64,000 bases of DNA from an uncultured bacterium (GCA_963825135.1 CAWGRW010000009.1:1600001-1664000); one strand, 5' to 3'; counted from the stretch's first letter, positions 1-10,951 are shown. Notes: generated by a model from the sequence alone, not told the origin. A program made the numbers and translations.

Positions 1-1
1 A

Positions 2-607
2 TCTCCCCTGACCAGCGATCAGGCGTTGAAAGAGCTCATGGACGGGAACAAGCGCTTCGTGAAGTCCATGAAGGAAAGCTGCGTGCTCCGGACCCCGGAC
101 CGCCGCATGGAGGTCGCCGAAGGGCAGAACCCGTTCGCGATAATCCTCGCGTGCGCGGACTCGAGGGTTTCGCCCGAGATAATATTCGACCAGTGGATAG
201 GCGATCTCTTCGTCGTCAGGGTCGCGGGGAATATAGCCACTCCTCAAAACTACGGCATCCTTGGGAGCATAGAGTACGGTGTCATAGTCCTCGGGGTGAA
301 TCTGATAATGGTCCTCGGTCACAGCAGGTGCGGGGCTGTGGACGGAGCCATCAAGGCGGTTAAAACCGGCGCCGCCTTTCCGGGCTCAATAGGAAACATA
401 GTAAAAGCTATCCAACCCTCTGTTGAAAAAGCGGAAGGTGAGCCTGGAGACCTGCTTCAGAATGCGATACTGGAAAATGTCAGGACAGGGATGGGCATAC
501 TCAGGAACTCTGACCCGGTCGTTGCCCCTATGGTAAAAGAAGGGAAGGTCAAGCTCGTAGGCGGGAACTATGATCTGGTTTCCGGTGAAGTTAGCCTGGT
601 AGTATAG
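2..607 (+). CDS. Beta-class carbonic anhydrase (5' end outside the window)
   Basis: Zn-ligand motifs CADSRV and HSRCGAV; frame is open back to base 2. Confidence 0.9.
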   Translation, partial: SPLTSDQALKELMDGNKRFVKSMKESCVLRTPDRRMEVAEGQNPFAIILACADSRVSPEIIFDQWIGDLFVVRVAGNIATPQNYGILGSIEYGVIVLGVNLIMVLGHSRCGAVDGAIKAVKTGAAFPGSIGNIVKAIQPSVEKAEGEPGDLLQNAILENVRTGMGILRNSDPVVAPMVKEGKVKLVGGNYDLVSGEVSLVV

Positions 608-801
608 GATAGTTCCATCGGGCCCCGCACGTGATAGGAAAACCCTGAAACGGTAACGGGGGGGTCTGTCTATGTTGCGACCGATGCCTGAAGAGCCGGC
701 GCGCCCTTGAAATTTTCCTGCCGATGAATATTTTTCATACGGAAGCAGGGCCGTTCGGCCTTATTCTATTTTCTTACGCACTTTCCGGAGGTTTATAATA
801 T

Positions 802-2655
802 ATGGCCCAGAAGTCGCCGAAAAAACACGAATTCCAGGCGGAGGTAAAGCAGGTCCTGGATATCGTTATACACTCCCTTTATACGGACAAAGAGGTGTTC
901 GTACGGGAGCTCGTGTCCAATGCCTCTGACGCACTCGAAAAACTGAGATACATCCAGCTCACGGAAAAGGACATCTACAACGAGAACCTACCCCTTGAAA
1001 TAAACATCCGGACCGATGACAAGGAAAACACCATAACCATAGAGGATCACGGGATAGGCATGACGGAGGGTGAGCTCGTGGAAAATCTCGGCACTATAGC
1101 CCATTCGGGCTCAAAGGCCTTCCTTAAAGCTGTTGAGGAATCGGGCGGGGTGAGCGATAGCCTGATAGGCCAGTTCGGAGTAGGTTTTTACAGCGTTTTC
1201 ATGGCCGCCCGGTCGGTGGAGGTATATACCCACAACCGGGAGAAGGACGGAAAGGGCCTCCTCTGGAAGAGCGACGGCTCTGGGGCTTATGAAATCGAGG
1301 ACGCGGAGGGCGTGAGGCGCGGTACAAAGATAATCGTCCGCCTGAAGGAAGACTCGAAGGAGTTTTCGGACGCTGAGAGGGTGAAGGGCATACTCACCCA
1401 TTATTCGAGCTTCGTTCAGTTCCCGATAAAACTGAACGGAGAGCAGATCAACAAGATCAGGCCTATATGGATGCGGAGCAAGGGGGAAATAACGGACGAG
1501 GAGTATAACGAGTTCTACAAGTTCCAGGCGGACGCGTTCGACGACCCCCTCTACAGGCTGCACCTGAGCTCGGAAGCCCCTCTCGAGATTCACTCCCTCA
1601 TATTCGTTCCCAAAGAAAACCCGGAAAAATGGGGGTTCGGCAAGGCAGACCCCGGAGTCAGCCTCTACTGCAAGAAAATCCTGATCGATTCGAAGCCGGA
1701 CGGCCTCCTGCCCGACTGGCTAAGGTTCTTAAAAGGGGTTGTGGACAGCGCCGACCTGCCTCTGAACATTTCCCGCGAGACCATGCAGGACAGCGCGCTC
1801 GCAATGAAGATCGGGCAGGTGATAACCGGGCGGTTCATAAAGTTTCTCGAAGACGAATCCGGGAAGGACCCGGGCAGGTATGAGGAGTTCTACAGGCAGT
1901 TTGCCATATATATCAAGGAGGGTGTCGCATCGGATTTCAAGAACAGTGCCCAGCTCGCCAAGCTGCTCCGTTTCGAGTCCTCCGCTACGGAAAAGGGCGG
2001 GCTTACGACGCTCGACGACTACGTCTCCCGGATGAAGGAAGGCCAGGAAGAGATTTATTACCTCCACTCCCCGAGCAGGGAATCTATGGAGTCAGGCCCA
2101 TACCTGGAGGCTTTCAGGGCGCGGGGGCTCGAAGTGCTTTACCTCTATGAGCCCGTGGATGAATTCGTCATGTCGGGTCTCGGTAAGTATGACGGCAAAG
2201 ACCTCGTGTCCGCCGACAATGCCGATATAGAGCTCGGGGACGGAGCCCCCGGACCCGACGAAAACGCATTGCCCGAAGCCGATGTGAAGACGCTTTGTGA
2301 CTGGGTTAAGGAAACGCTTGGTGACAGCGTCAATGAAGTGAGCGCAAGCAAGCGTCTCGTCGACAGCCCCGCCATTGCGCTCAACGCGGATAAATACATG
2401 ACCCCGTCGATGAGGCGCATGATGAAGGCCATGAAGAAGGACGCCGGTATCAAGTATTCCGTCAATCTCGAAATCAACCCGGGCCATAAACTCATTAAAA
2501 ATCTCGCGGCTCTAAAGGACAATGATCCCGAGACGGCGCGTCTCGTCGTCGAGCAGATATTCGACAACGCCCTTATCGCGGCCGGGTATCTCGAAGACCC
2601 GAGGTCTATGGTCGACCGTCTTTACCGCATACTCGAACGCGTCGCGGAAAAATAA
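802..2655 (+). CDS. htpG: Molecular chaperone HtpG (Hsp90)
   Basis: FQAEVKQVL, RELVSNASDA, DHGIGM, IGQFGVGFYS, DLPLNISRE motifs; 617 aa. Confidence 0.97.
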   Translation: MAQKSPKKHEFQAEVKQVLDIVIHSLYTDKEVFVRELVSNASDALEKLRYIQLTEKDIYNENLPLEINIRTDDKENTITIEDHGIGMTEGELVENLGTIAHSGSKAFLKAVEESGGVSDSLIGQFGVGFYSVFMAARSVEVYTHNREKDGKGLLWKSDGSGAYEIEDAEGVRRGTKIIVRLKEDSKEFSDAERVKGILTHYSSFVQFPIKLNGEQINKIRPIWMRSKGEITDEEYNEFYKFQADAFDDPLYRLHLSSEAPLEIHSLIFVPKENPEKWGFGKADPGVSLYCKKILIDSKPDGLLPDWLRFLKGVVDSADLPLNISRETMQDSALAMKIGQVITGRFIKFLEDESGKDPGRYEEFYRQFAIYIKEGVASDFKNSAQLAKLLRFESSATEKGGLTTLDDYVSRMKEGQEEIYYLHSPSRESMESGPYLEAFRARGLEVLYLYEPVDEFVMSGLGKYDGKDLVSADNADIELGDGAPGPDENALPEADVKTLCDWVKETLGDSVNEVSASKRLVDSPAIALNADKYMTPSMRRMMKAMKKDAGIKYSVNLEINPGHKLIKNLAALKDNDPETARLVVEQIFDNALIAAGYLEDPRSMVDRLYRILERVAEK

Positions 2656-2817
2656 ATTGCCGTCCCGGGAAATCCCGTCCGCATATCTCTTCATTTGATA
2701 ATGCCTTCTATAAAAAGTATAATTTTTATAGCTGCCGAGGGGTAAAACGGGCCTGAGAACCGTTTATTTGATCGGCGGGGTCGGTTATAATATCAATATA
2801 ATTACGGGGTCTTACAA

Positions 2818-3654
2818 ATGAAATTCGAAGGCACGGACAGTTATATTTCCACGAGAGATCTGAATCTCGCGGTTAACGCGTCGATAACGCTCCAGAGGCC
2901 GCTCCTCATAAAAGGCGAGCCCGGGACGGGCAAGACGATGCTTGCGTTCGAGGTGGCTGAAGCAATCGGCAAGGATCTCATTACCTGGCATGTGAAGTCG
3001 ACCACGACCGCGCAGCAGGGTCTTTACGAGTACGACGCAGTATCCAGGCTCCGCGATTCCCAGCTCGGAGACGAACGGGTTAGCGACATTTCCAACTATA
3101 TAAAAAAGGGGAAGCTGTGGGAGGCCTTCGAATCCGATCGACAGGTAGTGCTGCTCATAGACGAGATAGACAAGGCGGATATAGAATTTCCGAACGACCT
3201 GCTCCTCGAGCTCGACAGGATGGAGTTCTACTGCTACGAGCTCCGGAAGACCATAAGCGCAAAAGAGCGTCCCATTATAATTATCACGTCCAATAACGAA
3301 AAAGAGCTCCCGGATGCGTTCCTCAGGAGATGCTTCTTCCACTACATCAGCTTTCCGGACAGGGAAACGCTTAAGGCCATCGTGAAGGTCCATTACCCGA
3401 AGCTTGAAAAAAAGCTCATTGAGAACGCCATGAACGTGTTTTACAACCTCCGGGAAATAGACGGTCTCAAGAAAAAGCCCTCCACGAGCGAGCTCATAGA
3501 CTGGTTGAAGCTGATCATCGTGGGAAAAGTAACGGAAACCGACCTCGGCTCGGTCGATCTCTCGGACAACCTTCCCCCGTTCGTGGGAGCCCTGCTCAAG
3601 AACGAGCAGGACCATGAGCTTCTATCCCGAATAAAGCTCAGGTTCAGGCGTTGA
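2818..3654 (+). CDS. MoxR/CoxD-like AAA+ ATPase
   Basis: Walker A GEPGTGKT, Walker B LLIDEIDKAD, ELPDAFLRRC. Confidence 0.92.
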   Translation: MKFEGTDSYISTRDLNLAVNASITLQRPLLIKGEPGTGKTMLAFEVAEAIGKDLITWHVKSTTTAQQGLYEYDAVSRLRDSQLGDERVSDISNYIKKGKLWEAFESDRQVVLLIDEIDKADIEFPNDLLLELDRMEFYCYELRKTISAKERPIIIITSNNEKELPDAFLRRCFFHYISFPDRETLKAIVKVHYPKLEKKLIENAMNVFYNLREIDGLKKKPSTSELIDWLKLIIVGKVTETDLGSVDLSDNLPPFVGALLKNEQDHELLSRIKLRFRR

Positions 3655-3711
3655 ACCCTGAAGAGCGTGGATTACCCGGGCATTCATGACGGTTTTACTT
3701 AAGGGGCGGAC

Positions 3712-4914
3712 ATGTTTTTAGACTTTTTTTTATTGCTGAAGAACGACGGTATACCCGTAACGATCAGGGAATACCTCACTTTCCTCGAGGCGCTTGACGT
3801 GGGGATAGCCGAGTACAGCGTCGACGATTTCTATTACCTCTCACGTACGTCCCTTATCAAGCACGAACAGCATCTCGACAGGTTCGATCTCCTCTTCGGC
3901 TATTACTTCGAGGGTGTCGAGAAGATCGATATGGAAGAGTTCATGAAGATACCGGAAGAATGGCTCAGGAAAAGCTTCGTGAACGCCCTGACGGACGAGG
4001 AAAAAGAGCTGATTAAATCCATGGGGGGTCTCGACAAGCTGTTGGAGCGGTTAAAAGAGCTGATGAAGGAGCAGAAGCACAGGCACCAGGGCGGGAATAA
4101 ATGGATAGGTACGGGCGGCACTTCACCGTACGGGGCCTACGGGTTCAACCCCGAGGGCATAAGGATAGGGCAGGAGGAGAGCAGGCACAGGAGGGCGGTT
4201 AAGGTCTGGGACAAGCGCGAATTCAGGGACCTCGACGACGGAGTGGAGCTTCAGACGAGGAATATGAAAATGGCGCTCAGGAGACTGCGGATTCTGACGC
4301 GGGAGGGAGTGGACGAAGAGCTCGATCTCGACAGGACCATCGACAGGACGTCGAGGAACGCGGGTTTTCTCGAGATCGAGATGGTTCCGGCAAAGAAGAA
4401 CAACGTGAAGGTGCTCCTCTTCCTCGACATCGGAGGGTCTATGGACGACCACATCGAGCTTTGTTCCCGTCTATTCTCGGCCGCGAAATATGAATTCAAA
4501 CATTTAGAGCATTACTATTTCCATAACTGCCTTTACGAATCGGTCTGGAAGAATAACAGGAGGAGGTGGCAGGAAGCGATCCCGACCTTCCAGGTCCTCC
4601 ACACCTACAACAGCGACTACAAAGTGATCGTGGTGGGCGACGCCTCCATGTCTCCGTACGAGCTCCTCTATCAGAACGGGAGCGTCGAGCACAACAACGA
4701 CGAGCCGGGCTTCATGTGGCTCGAGCGCCTGAAGAACCACTATCCCGACATAGTCTGGCTCAACCCCGTTCCCGTGAAGCAGTGGAAATACACGGAGTCC
4801 ATAGGCATGGTGAGGGATTTTATGAAGGACCGCATGTTCCCGTTGACTCTCTCGGGCCTTCAGCAGGCCATCAAGGCGCTTAAAGACAAGAAAGTGAAGT
4901 TCGAAGGGCACTGA
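3712..4914 (+). CDS. VWA domain-containing protein (CoxE-like MoxR partner)
   Basis: MIDAS-like DIGGSM, HQGGNKWIGTGGTSP, YFHNC, WLNP; follows the MoxR gene. Confidence 0.88.
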   Translation: MFLDFFLLLKNDGIPVTIREYLTFLEALDVGIAEYSVDDFYYLSRTSLIKHEQHLDRFDLLFGYYFEGVEKIDMEEFMKIPEEWLRKSFVNALTDEEKELIKSMGGLDKLLERLKELMKEQKHRHQGGNKWIGTGGTSPYGAYGFNPEGIRIGQEESRHRRAVKVWDKREFRDLDDGVELQTRNMKMALRRLRILTREGVDEELDLDRTIDRTSRNAGFLEIEMVPAKKNNVKVLLFLDIGGSMDDHIELCSRLFSAAKYEFKHLEHYYFHNCLYESVWKNNRRRWQEAIPTFQVLHTYNSDYKVIVVGDASMSPYELLYQNGSVEHNNDEPGFMWLERLKNHYPDIVWLNPVPVKQWKYTESIGMVRDFMKDRMFPLTLSGLQQAIKALKDKKVKFEGH

Positions 4915-4951
4915 GCCCGACCATAATTCAATTCGTGTGCATAATAGATTC

Positions 4952-5411
4952 ATGCCCCTCGCGATAGACCACATCAACATCGTAGTTTCGGACCTCGAAA
5001 GGTCGGTCAGGTTCTACACGGAGCTGCTTGGTTTTATCGAATCGAAGAGGGCGCATCTCGAAGGGCAATGGATAGAGTCTATCGTCGGATTAAAGGGCGT
5101 GGTCGCGGACGTCGCTTTCATACTCGCTCCCGCGGGCGAGCCGAGGATAGAGCTCCTCTGCTATAATACGCCCAGAGGGTGAAGCCGTTCCGGCGAATTC
5201 TCTTGCGAACACGGTCGGTCTCAGGCACATCGCGTTCAGGGTGGACGATATACACGCGGCCGCGGAGAGACTGAAGAACGCCGGTGTGAAGCTGCTTGGC
5301 GATCCCGTCGTCGTCCCCGAAACGGTAGTCACGCACGACGCGGGTCACAAGATGCTCTGCTATTTCCACGACCCCGACGGGGTGCTTCTCGAAATTACCG
5401 AGTACAAGTAA
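4952..5411 (+). pseudogene. VOC/glyoxalase family protein with a +1 frameshift near 5173 (possibly a sequencing error)
   Basis: N-half IDHINIVVSDLERSVRFY...IELL; next frame continues GLRHIAFRVDDI...YFHDPDGVLLEITEYK to TAA at 5411. Confidence 0.8.
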
Positions 5412-5466
5412 ATCGCCATATGGAACAATACAGATTTATCTAGCAGAAGAGTCGCCGGGCCCGCGC

Positions 5467-5961
5467 TCAGTCGGGGCTCGAGATTTCTTTCATTATTTCA
5501 TTTGAAATACCGGGCCCGCGCTCGACGAATTCCCCGTCGGGGCCGTAGATAATAAAGTACGGTATCGAAGGCAGCTTATAATACTTTACGAGAGGGCTCT
5601 CCCAATTTATTATGTCTATCTCTCTCAAGGCGAGCCTGTCGCCGCTCTCGGCGAAGTCTTCGAGCCTCGGTTTCAGTATTTTGCAGGGTCCGCACCAGTC
5701 CGCATAAAACAGGAAGGCCGTGTACTTCCCGGGCTGGAGGTATTCGACAAGGTCGATAAGCGTCCCTCTGCTTATTATCTCCACCTTTTCGTGCCCCTTT
5801 TGGGTTCCGGCAAGCTCGTAACTATACGAAGAATCCGGACGCGCGTACGAAAAAGGGACTGACCCCGTTTCGTCGCTGCGATTCTCCGCTTCTCCGAATG
5901 CGGAATGAGAAATCAGGAGCAGTATGCCGATAAATAGGGGGCGGTTCAGGTTCGATGTCAT
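5467..5961 (-). CDS. Secreted thioredoxin-domain protein
   Basis: Signal peptide followed by FYADWCGPCK. Confidence 0.8.
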   Translation of the reverse strand: MTSNLNRPLFIGILLLISHSAFGEAENRSDETGSVPFSYARPDSSYSYELAGTQKGHEKVEIISRGTLIDLVEYLQPGKYTAFLFYADWCGPCKILKPRLEDFAESGDRLALREIDIINWESPLVKYYKLPSIPYFIIYGPDGEFVERGPGISNEIMKEISSPD

Positions 5962-6057
5962 CGTCGGTTTACCATCGGGCGTTAAGGTTAAGTATACGTT
6001 TTAAATCGCGTGTAACAATTGCATGGGGGACGGGGTTCAAGACAATTTCCCGGACGA

Positions 6058-6939
6058 TCAATCGAAAATCAGGGTGCGGTTCCCGTAGACGAGGATCTTT
6101 CGTTTGAGGTGGTACCAGATGGCCTGTGAGAGGACGACCTTCTCGAGGTCCCTCCCTTTCCTTATCAAGTCCTCGACGCTGTCCTTGTGTGTTATGCGCA
6201 CGACGTTCTGCTCTATTATGGGCCCCGAGTCGAGGTCGGCGGTAACGTAGTGGCTGGTCGCCCCGATGATCTTCACGCCCCTCTCGTACGCCGAGTGGTA
6301 GGGCCTCGCCCCCGGGAAAGCCGGAAGGAACGAGTGGTGGATGTTGATTATCCTGTTCGGGTAATGAGCCACGAAATCCTCACTCAGTATCTGCATATAT
6401 CTCGCGAGCACGATGAAATCTACATCGTACTGCTTCAGTATGTCGAGCTGTTTTTGTTCGGACGCCTTTTTGTTCTCCTTGACGCCGGGAGTGACGCGGA
6501 AATCGATGCCGTGTGTGGCGGCTATGGGTTCAAGATCGCCGTGGTTGCTGATTATGACCGGTATCTCGACGTTCCACTGCTCGGACTGCCAGCGGGACAA
6601 TATGTCGTGGAGGCAGTGGGGGAGCTTTGAGACGAAGACGGCCATGCGCGGCGTATAATCCGAGAAATAGAGGCTCCACTTCATGCCGAATTTCTCGGCT
6701 ATGAGAGTCTGGAAATACTCTCCTATTTTGTCGGCCGGGATCGTAAAATTTGTGAGGTCCCATTCGACCCGCATGAAGAAAACCTTTTCCCGAGTATCCA
6801 CGTGCTGGTCGAGGTATATGATATTCCCTTCGTTCTTGAATATGAACTCGGTAATGGCGGCGACGAGGCCCTTTCGGTCCGGGCAGTGCACGAGCAGGGT
6901 CGCAGAGCGGTTATTATCTTTATCTTCCTGTATGCTCAT
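6058..6939 (-). CDS. purU: Formyltetrahydrofolate deformylase
   Basis: ACT domain CPDRKGLVA; LARYMQILS, INIHHSFLPAF, GVKIIGATSHYVT. Confidence 0.96.
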   Translation of the reverse strand: MSIQEDKDNNRSATLLVHCPDRKGLVAAITEFIFKNEGNIIYLDQHVDTREKVFFMRVEWDLTNFTIPADKIGEYFQTLIAEKFGMKWSLYFSDYTPRMAVFVSKLPHCLHDILSRWQSEQWNVEIPVIISNHGDLEPIAATHGIDFRVTPGVKENKKASEQKQLDILKQYDVDFIVLARYMQILSEDFVAHYPNRIINIHHSFLPAFPGARPYHSAYERGVKIIGATSHYVTADLDSGPIIEQNVVRITHKDSVEDLIRKGRDLEKVVLSQAIWYHLKRKILVYGNRTLIFD

Positions 6940-6976
6940 TCCAGTTCACTCATTGTTGTGCGTATTTTTCGAACGG

Positions 6977-7348
6977 TCAGTCCCTCCCCATCAGCTCGTA
7001 AATCTCGTCATCCGAGAGCCCGAAGTAGTGCCCGAGCTCGTGCTGAAGCACCTCGTTTATCCTGGCCTCGATCTCCTCGTCGTTTCTGCATACCTTTTCG
7101 ATGTCTTTTTGATAAAGCACTATTTCATCGGGCATCCTGATGCCCTGCCACACGCTTCGCAGGTGCAGCGGCGTTCCGCGGTATAGACCGAGAAGCAGTC
7201 CTTCTTTTCTTATCTTGAGCTTCTCGAGATCCTCCCTGCTGGGATAATCCTCGACCCTGATAGCAACGTTATCGATTTTCTTCTTGAACTGTTCGGGGAT
7301 TTTTTGATACGCCTTGTCCACGAGTTCTTCAAACTTTTCTTTTTTCAA
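6977..7348 (-). CDS. Zincin-like metallopeptidase family protein
   Basis: LLGLYRG...PDEIVLYQ...HELGHYFGLSD (HExxH). Confidence 0.85.
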   Translation of the reverse strand: MKKEKFEELVDKAYQKIPEQFKKKIDNVAIRVEDYPSREDLEKLKIRKEGLLLGLYRGTPLHLRSVWQGIRMPDEIVLYQKDIEKVCRNDEEIEARINEVLQHELGHYFGLSDDEIYELMGRD

Positions 7349-7723
7349 ATCGTTTATACGGCAATTATTAAGGGATTTAATGCTTTATTCATATTATAGC
7401 AAGTTGAGCCGGCTTTCAATCTTCACGGACAATTAGCGGGATTCGTCACTAGAATTTTGCCTTCCTTTTACGAATTCTTTCCTCAGGCAGGGTAATTTCC
7501 TAGACCACACCCGCGACTATGCGGTGAAAGGGGTCCTATCTGCCCCGAGATATCCCGAAGAGCGTCTCCTTGAGAATGCCTTCCAATTTATTGCGTGCCT
7601 GCAAGGGGTTATCCATACAGAATTGTGGAATGCCGAATTTACGAGAAAGTATAATGCACTCATATAAAAGATGTACGCCGATATCTTAATACTAGCGCCG
7701 GAAGATTCCGGACGTGCTGTAAG

Positions 7724-8356
7724 TCAGCGGCCGCGGACTGAAGAGAATCCGGGTTCCGACCGCTCCGTGATTCTCAAGTCCTCGACAAACGAGACCAGTT
7801 CGGGAAAGAAGGCATTGAAGTTGTCTTCAAGCTCATTATAATTCGATTCGACTTCATTGATGGCTCCAAGAAGGGAATTCCCCCGGTTGAAACGCCTCCT
7901 GAGTCTTTCCGATATGCGGTCGATCGCCTTGCCCGTACCCTCTATCATGCGGTAGGAACCGAGCCAGTCCTCGTTTATCATCCTTGGGAGGAACAGGCGG
8001 AATTTTTCAGGGAGAATATCCATGTTTCTATTGAGCAGCTCATAGGTCTCACGGATAAAGCGGTCGAGGTCGTGCTCCGAATAAGAGGTCCAGTTCTTAG
8101 CCAGGAAGTGGTCGAATACGAGGTCCACGATAATGCCCGCGAACCTCCTCCTCGATGGGCTAATAAGTCTTTTGCTCTCCCTGAAGATTTCGTGAGAGTC
8201 CGTGAATACGTCGACTTTTCTGTGCGTCCAAATCCCTTTTACGATCTCGGGGTCGTAGTCGTTCCCGATCGGCCCCTTCACGAAGTCCCCCAGGATGTTT
8301 CCCAGAATCGATTTCTCGGAGTCCTCCGCGAGATAGAGGTGCGCAAGGTAGTTCAT
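7724..8356 (-). CDS. acpH: Acyl carrier protein phosphodiesterase
   Basis: MNYLAHLYLA, GNILGDFVKG, HRKVDVFTDSH, DLVFDHFLA. Confidence 0.9.
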   Translation of the reverse strand: MNYLAHLYLAEDSEKSILGNILGDFVKGPIGNDYDPEIVKGIWTHRKVDVFTDSHEIFRESKRLISPSRRRFAGIIVDLVFDHFLAKNWTSYSEHDLDRFIRETYELLNRNMDILPEKFRLFLPRMINEDWLGSYRMIEGTGKAIDRISERLRRRFNRGNSLLGAINEVESNYNELEDNFNAFFPELVSFVEDLRITERSEPGFSSVRGR

Positions 8357-8441
8357 ATTCTCTAAGTGTACCGGACGTCGAATAGTTACTAACGGCGTTC
8401 CCGCATACCTTCGCGGGGTATCGATGCCGGCTCGTTAATTC

Positions 8442-8888
8442 TTACTGGATACTGATGAGCTCCACGTCGAATACAAGCGTCGAGTTGGGAGGGATCACAG
8501 GGGGATAGCCCCTCTCTCCGTACGCAAGGTCAGGCGGTATGATAAGCTCGCGCTTTCCTCCGACTTTCATGTCCGCGATACCCTCGTCCCAGCCCTTTAT
8601 AACCTGTCCCACTCCGAGAGTGAACTCTATCGGCTCCCCGCGCTCGACCGAGCTGTCGAAGACTTTTCCGTCCTGGAGCTTTCCCGTATAGTGGACTTTG
8701 ACCTTCTGCCCGGTTTTCGGTTTCGGGCCGCTCCCCTCCTCGATAACGATATATTCGAGGCCGGACGCGGTTTTCACGGTCTGGGCGTCTTTCTTCGTTT
8801 CATCCGCGTCGGTCTTGATGACGGTAAGGTTAAACGCGACGATTGTAACCAGGCTTACGATCATACAGAATGTCGAGTAACTCATCAT
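8442..8888 (-). CDS. FKBP-type peptidyl-prolyl isomerase, exported
   Basis: [30 protein letters not shown]-terminal hydrophobic segment. Confidence 0.95.
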   Translation of the reverse strand: MMSYSTFCMIVSLVTIVAFNLTVIKTDADETKKDAQTVKTASGLEYIVIEEGSGPKPKTGQKVKVHYTGKLQDGKVFDSSVERGEPIEFTLGVGQVIKGWDEGIADMKVGGKRELIIPPDLAYGERGYPPVIPPNSTLVFDVELISIQ

Positions 8889-9190
8889 AAAATTCTCCCT
8901 TTTAGTTTATTTCTTATAGTAGTTGCCAAGCAGGAAAACATTACACAATTTCCCCGCAAAGTGCTAATCATTCAAAGGCTTATTATTAATTCGTATAAGC
9001 GGAGGATCGGCGCCTGCCGTAATTTACCTTCGGGTTTTTCAGCCTTCACCTGAGTGTTACGATACGGGAGTCGAATGCCTGACAAACACGGTTTCTCGGA
9101 CAAGGGCGCGGAATTGACAAGTACTTTTTACCCTGAATAAATATTTATTTCAGGTAGGGATGCTCAATCAAATAGTAGAGGAGGAGTCTT

Positions 9191-9976
9191 ATGGGATTTG
9201 AGTTTATCAGCTATGAAAGAGAGCCTAACAGTACCGGTATTCTTACGATCAATCGACCGAATGTGTTAAACGCGTTAAATTGGGACACGCTCGGGGAGCT
9301 GAGAGAGTTCCTGGAGGATGTCCTGCCTAAAGAAGAATTAAAAGTGCTGATTTTCACGGGAGCCGGGGATAAGGCGTTCGTCGCGGGAGCCGATATAGCG
9401 CAGATGAACGAAATGAAGGAAAGAGACTTCCAGGACTACGTCGATTACGCCCACAGGGTGTACGAGCTAATAGAGAACGAACCCTGCCCCTCTATCGCCG
9501 CCATAAACGGATACGCTCTCGGCGGCGGGTGCGAGCTGGCGTTGGCCTGCGATATCAGGATCGCGTCTGAAAAGGCGAGGCTCGGATTCCCCGAGGTGAA
9601 GCTCGGCATATTCCCCGGGTGGGGCGGTACGCAGCGCATTACGAGGATTCTCGGTCTCGGCAAGACCAAGGAGCTCGTATTTACGGGCGAGATGATTACC
9701 GCGGAAGAAGCCCTCAGGATAGGTCTTGTCGAGATGGTCGTCCCCCACGGTGAGATAATGACTGCAGCCAAAAAGCTCGCGGGAGAAATAGCGAAAAGAG
9801 GTCCCATTGCGGTCAGGCTCGCTAAAACAGCTATAAATGCCGGCTCCGAGATGGACTTACATAAGGCGCTGCTGCTTGAAAAGACCCTGGTTTCGCTTTG
9901 TTTTGACTCTCAGGACCGGGTTGAGGGGATGAAGGCGTTTTTGGAAAAGCGAGAACCCTTATTTACGGGCGAATAA
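9191..9976 (+). CDS. Enoyl-CoA hydratase / crotonase
   Basis: AFVAGADI, GYALGGGCELALACD, PEVKLGIFPGWGGTQR. Confidence 0.93.
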   Translation: MGFEFISYEREPNSTGILTINRPNVLNALNWDTLGELREFLEDVLPKEELKVLIFTGAGDKAFVAGADIAQMNEMKERDFQDYVDYAHRVYELIENEPCPSIAAINGYALGGGCELALACDIRIASEKARLGFPEVKLGIFPGWGGTQRITRILGLGKTKELVFTGEMITAEEALRIGLVEMVVPHGEIMTAAKKLAGEIAKRGPIAVRLAKTAINAGSEMDLHKALLLEKTLVSLCFDSQDRVEGMKAFLEKREPLFTGE

Positions 9977-10116
9977 TAACCTCGACCGCGGCATATTTGT
10001 AAACCCGGAGTAGAATGCGGCAGTGGTTTACTGCCTTGCACCCCTCGTTTTATTCACTTTCCTCCTAAGGGGCTTTAAATAAAGCCGGAAGCACCTTCAT
10101 ACGTCACACCGTCAGG

Positions 10117-10144
10117 TTGACAAAAACCTTATTAGGAATAAAAT
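10117..10144 (+). promoter_or_regulatory. Putative sigma70 promoter of phaB
   Basis: TTGACA-16 bp-TAAAAT about 50 bp upstream of the ATG. Confidence 0.5.
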
Positions 10145-10195
10145 CTATAATCCTTAATATCAAACGACTGAGATGCAAGCTCTAGGAGGTGTCGC

Positions 10196-10951
10196 ATGCT
10201 TGAACAAATGCACGACTTGTCGGGTAAAGTTGCAATAGTAACGGGTGGTTCGAGGGGGATCGGAAGGGCGATATGTCTTGCCCTGGCCGAGGCCGGAGCC
10301 GATATTCTGCTCAATTATTCGCGGAGCGACAAGGAAGCGGACAAGGTGAAGAAGGAAATCGAGAAATTAGGCAGGAAGTGCGTTACAGTGAGGGCGAACG
10401 TCGCCAATTTTCAGCAAGCCCAGGGGCTCGGCAAGGCTGCTATGAGCCATTTCGGCAAGGTTGATATCCTCGTTAATAACGCCGGTATCAACAGGGACAG
10501 GACTCTTAAGAGGATGACGTTCGAGCAGTGGAACGAAGTAATACAGACAAATCTTTCAAGCGTGTTTAACTGCACCAAGGCTGTTATCGATCCCCTGTCG
10601 GAGAAGGGCGGCGTAATCATTTCGATATCTTCGATTATTGGGGAAATGGGGAACCTCGGCCAGTGCAACTACGCCTCGACAAAGGCGGGCATAATAGGTT
10701 TTACGAAAACGATGGCGAGGGAGCTTGCTAAAAGCAACATACGTGTAAACGCAGTTGCCCCCGGGTTCGTTGAAACGGACATGCTCGGCACCGTTCCCGA
10801 GGACATTAGGGACCAGATAAAGAAAGAAATCGCGCTCGGCAGGTTCGGTACCCCTGAAGAGATCGCCTTATCCGTTGTTTATCTCTGTTCTTCAGCCGCA
10901 AGCTGGATAACGGGTGTGACGTTAAGGATTAACGGCGGACATTACATCTAA
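10196..10951 (+). CDS. phaB: Acetoacetyl-CoA reductase / 3-oxoacyl reductase (SDR)
   Basis: TGGSRGIG, NNAGINRD, YASTK; adjacent to phaC. The phaB symbol rests on gene context. Confidence 0.8.
   Translation: MLEQMHDLSGKVAIVTGGSRGIGRAICLALAEAGADILLNYSRSDKEADKVKKEIEKLGRKCVTVRANVANFQQAQGLGKAAMSHFGKVDILVNNAGINRDRTLKRMTFEQWNEVIQTNLSSVFNCTKAVIDPLSEKGGVIISISSIIGEMGNLGQCNYASTKAGIIGFTKTMARELAKSNIRVNAVAPGFVETDMLGTVPEDIRDQIKKEIALGRFGTPEEIALSVVYLCSSAASWITGVTLRINGGHYI

Noticed and set aside
2818..4914. CO dehydrogenase (cox) cluster
   Set aside because: Only the widespread stand-alone MoxR/VWA pair is present; no coxLMS genes.
7609..7635. DnaA boxes / replication origin
   Set aside because: Only one or two mismatched boxes, with no cluster and no dnaA context.
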